DNA of 30,934 nucleotides from a virus (Duplodnaviria; Heunggongvirae; Uroviricota; Caudoviricetes): IMG/VR virus record IMGVR_UViG_2526164634_000026; one strand, 5' to 3'. Shown piece by piece: positions 29,282 to 30,934 of this stretch (position 1 is its first letter; each line of letters starts with the position of its first letter). The notes under the pieces were generated by a model. It saw only the letters and a program-made list of their open reading frames with translations, ran no database searches and was not told where the DNA came from. The position numbers and the translations under genes were made by a program.

Positions 29282-29676
29282 TGGCCGTTTCCGGCCTGCA
29301 TGGCATGATTTGCGCTTTTGGACGGGAGATTCAGTGTGCTGATTGGCTATGTAAGGGTATCAACAAATGACCAGAATACAGACCTGCAACGAAACGCTCT
29401 TGTTTGTGCAGGATGTGAACAGATATTTGAAGATAAATTAAGCGGGACAAAGACAGACCGACCGGGATTAAAACGCGCTTTAAAGCGCCTTCAAAAAGGT
29501 GACACGCTGGTTGTCTGGAAACTGGATCGCCTCGGGCGAAGCATGAAACATCTGACTTCTCTCGTCGGGGAACTACGGGAGCGAGGGATTAATTTTCGCA
29601 GTCTGACCGACAGCATAGATACATCTTCTCCAATGGGGCGTTTTTTCTTCCACGTGATGGGGGCCCTGGCTGAATG
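29256..29676. repeat. Right arm of about 420-bp inverted repeat
   Basis: Reverse complement of 25772-26190 with a few substitutions and small indels. Confidence 0.75.
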
Positions 29677-29933
29677 GAACGTGAATTAATGTTGAACGTA
29701 CACTGGCCGGACTGGCGGCAGCGCGCGCACGGGGGGCGCACAGGCGGACGTCGACCGAGCTGACAAAGAACAGCATGAGCAAATAGCGAGGCTGATTAAA
29801 AACGGTCAATGACAGGAAACAACTGGCGATCATTTACGACATCGGCATATCGACGATTTATCGTTATCACCCTGTAGGCGATATACAGGCTGAAGAAACA
29901 ACCAGGCAGACTCAGGAAAATGAAAACCGCTAA
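29336..29933 (+). pseudogene. Second serine invertase gene, frameshifted; 5' about 340 bp nearly identical to gin, 3' part diverged (Hin/Pin-like)
   Basis: Track ORF 29318..29689 matches Gin residues 1-113 then ends (…EWNVN*); downstream frames still encode invertase C-terminal HTH-like sequence (…RKQLAIIYDIGISTIYRYHP…) across at least two frameshifts. Confidence 0.7.
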
Positions 29934-29952
29934 TCTGACCATTAGCGGTTTT
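29923..29952. terminator. Bidirectional terminator hairpin between the invertase pseudogene and the convergent tail gene
   Basis: Perfect 12-bp stem AAAACCGCTAAT/ATTAGCGGTTTT with 6-nt loop. Confidence 0.6.
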
Positions 29953-29959
29953 GCGTTAA

Positions 29960-30454
29960 TCAAAACAGCCCTTTAACGGAGCTGGCCGCGCTGTTAAGGG
30001 ATGATGTGACCTTATCTTTGAAGCCGGACAGCATATCACTGAACGATGAGGATTGCAGGCGCTCCCGCAAATCCTCATCACAGCGTTCAAGAGTCAGTGA
30101 AAATTCTATCTTTTTCGCCATACCGTAGCGATCAAACTCGGAGCGGGTCGTATTCGTTTCAGTCAGCACATACATGCCGTAAATCTGTCCGACGCCATCA
30201 ATCAGAGGCCAGGGGCGTCCTGTATACGCCTGCGTGGTCAGCAGCGACAGCGACACTTCGCCACCTGTGATTTCAGGATAAAGCACACCAGAAAGCACGA
30301 TGCGATCATCGCCTGCCCCGATATACTGCCAGCTTGCTGAACGGTTAACGCGTTCATTTTTCACATGCCGCCAGCTTTTATTTTGCTGTAACTGCTGATG
30401 CGGCAATGTGCGCAGCTCAAAAACAAACATGCCGTAGATCATCATCATGGCCAT
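29960..30454 (-). CDS. Phage tail protein, P2 gpU-like
   Basis: 164-aa ORF immediately downstream of the tape-measure 3' end; sequence pattern resembles P2 gpU from memory. Confidence 0.5.
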   Translation of the reverse strand: MAMMMIYGMFVFELRTLPHQQLQQNKSWRHVKNERVNRSASWQYIGAGDDRIVLSGVLYPEITGGEVSLSLLTTQAYTGRPWPLIDGVGQIYGMYVLTETNTTRSEFDRYGMAKKIEFSLTLERCDEDLRERLQSSSFSDMLSGFKDKVTSSLNSAASSVKGLF

Positions 30455-30460
30455 GACTCC

Positions 30461-30934
30461 TCAATCTTTATCGTAAAAACTGCCACGTCCGGCACGGTCG
30501 CGTCGTTCCAATTCTGCCCTGACCATTACACCGACCAGTTTCGCCAGTTCGCGGGGATTCTGCGTAACAACGTTATGCAGATGAACATGAATTTCACCGC
30601 CAAATCCGGAGACAACAGGCTCCCGGTTACGGGAAGTTGCAGGAACTGATGCCACTGGCGATCGTATGGCCTCCGCCACCGGGCGGGAGCTGGCCGCAAC
30701 AACAGGGACCAGCGCCGGAGGCAGAGGAGTCGGGACCACGGGTGTGATGTTGATTGCGGAAGCAGGCTTACTGACCTGCGCAATCTTCCGCTCCTGCCAC
30801 TCCCCACGAACAGCAAGTGCGCGGGGCAGGTTCTTAAAGACAATATCGCCGGGGCCAATGCGTTTTTTCGTCTCATCAACCAGCTTACCTGTGTTATCAG
30901 CAATTTTGCTGAGTCTGCGTAGCGTACCGGTATT
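30461..30934 (-). CDS. Tail tape-measure protein, C-terminal part (partial; continues beyond the window end)
   Basis: Hand translation shows the frame ending at 30461 stays open to the window end; Pro/Ala/Val-rich C-terminus; precedes the gpU-like gene by 6 nt. Confidence 0.5.
   Translation of the reverse strand, partial: NTGTLRRLSKIADNTGKLVDETKKRIGPGDIVFKNLPRALAVRGEWQERKIAQVSKPASAINITPVVPTPLPPALVPVVAASSRPVAEAIRSPVASVPATSRNREPVVSGFGGEIHVHLHNVVTQNPRELAKLVGVMVRAELERRDRAGRGSFYDKD

Noticed and set aside
30526-30903. 125-aa minus-strand track ORF
   Set aside because: Arg/Leu-rich out-of-frame overlap of the tape-measure frame, which is the one that ends adjacent to the gpU-like gene.

Overview
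The window starts in the E. coli chromosome at attB-lambda (ybhC, lipoprotein) and runs into a mosaic, apparently defective lambdoid prophage. All calls rest on reading the sequence and ORF track against remembered protein families; no database search was run. Left to right: attL core GCTTTTTTATACTAA with P' arm; lambda-type int, xis, orf73(TraR-like)/orf60a/orf63/orf61, exo, bet, gam, kil, cIII, ea10 and N; a phage-434-type immunity region (cI, OR1-3, cro) with nutL and nutR; lambda cII, oop RNA, O with ori iterons, P, ren, and a nin region carrying a Dam-like methyltransferase; a lambda Q remnant of 29 codons followed by an AT-rich island with an LpxR-like outer-membrane protein gene and a replacement Q-like gene with a late-promoter/terminator pair; a Stx-phage-like late region with no stx (membrane-protein gene, nanS-p esterase, S21-type holin, SAR endolysin, Rz/Rz1); Rha and YlcI-like genes; lambda cosN with non-lambda cosB repeats and a 64-codon terminase small-subunit remnant. 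Distal to that is a Mu-type mom/com/gin module with a roughly 3.1-kb G-type invertible segment, flanked by about 420-bp inverted repeats that duplicate the invertase 5' half, then P2-like tail genes (gpU, tape-measure 3' end). The strongest candidates for undescribed function are foreign, AT-rich single-gene cassettes in classic defence/moron slots: a 293-aa protein at the sieB/ral position coupled to N, a secreted 134-aa protein in the rexAB position coupled to cI, and membrane proteins in the ea8.5/ea22 and stx slots. The invertible tail-fibre module appears to lack any constant tail-fibre exon.
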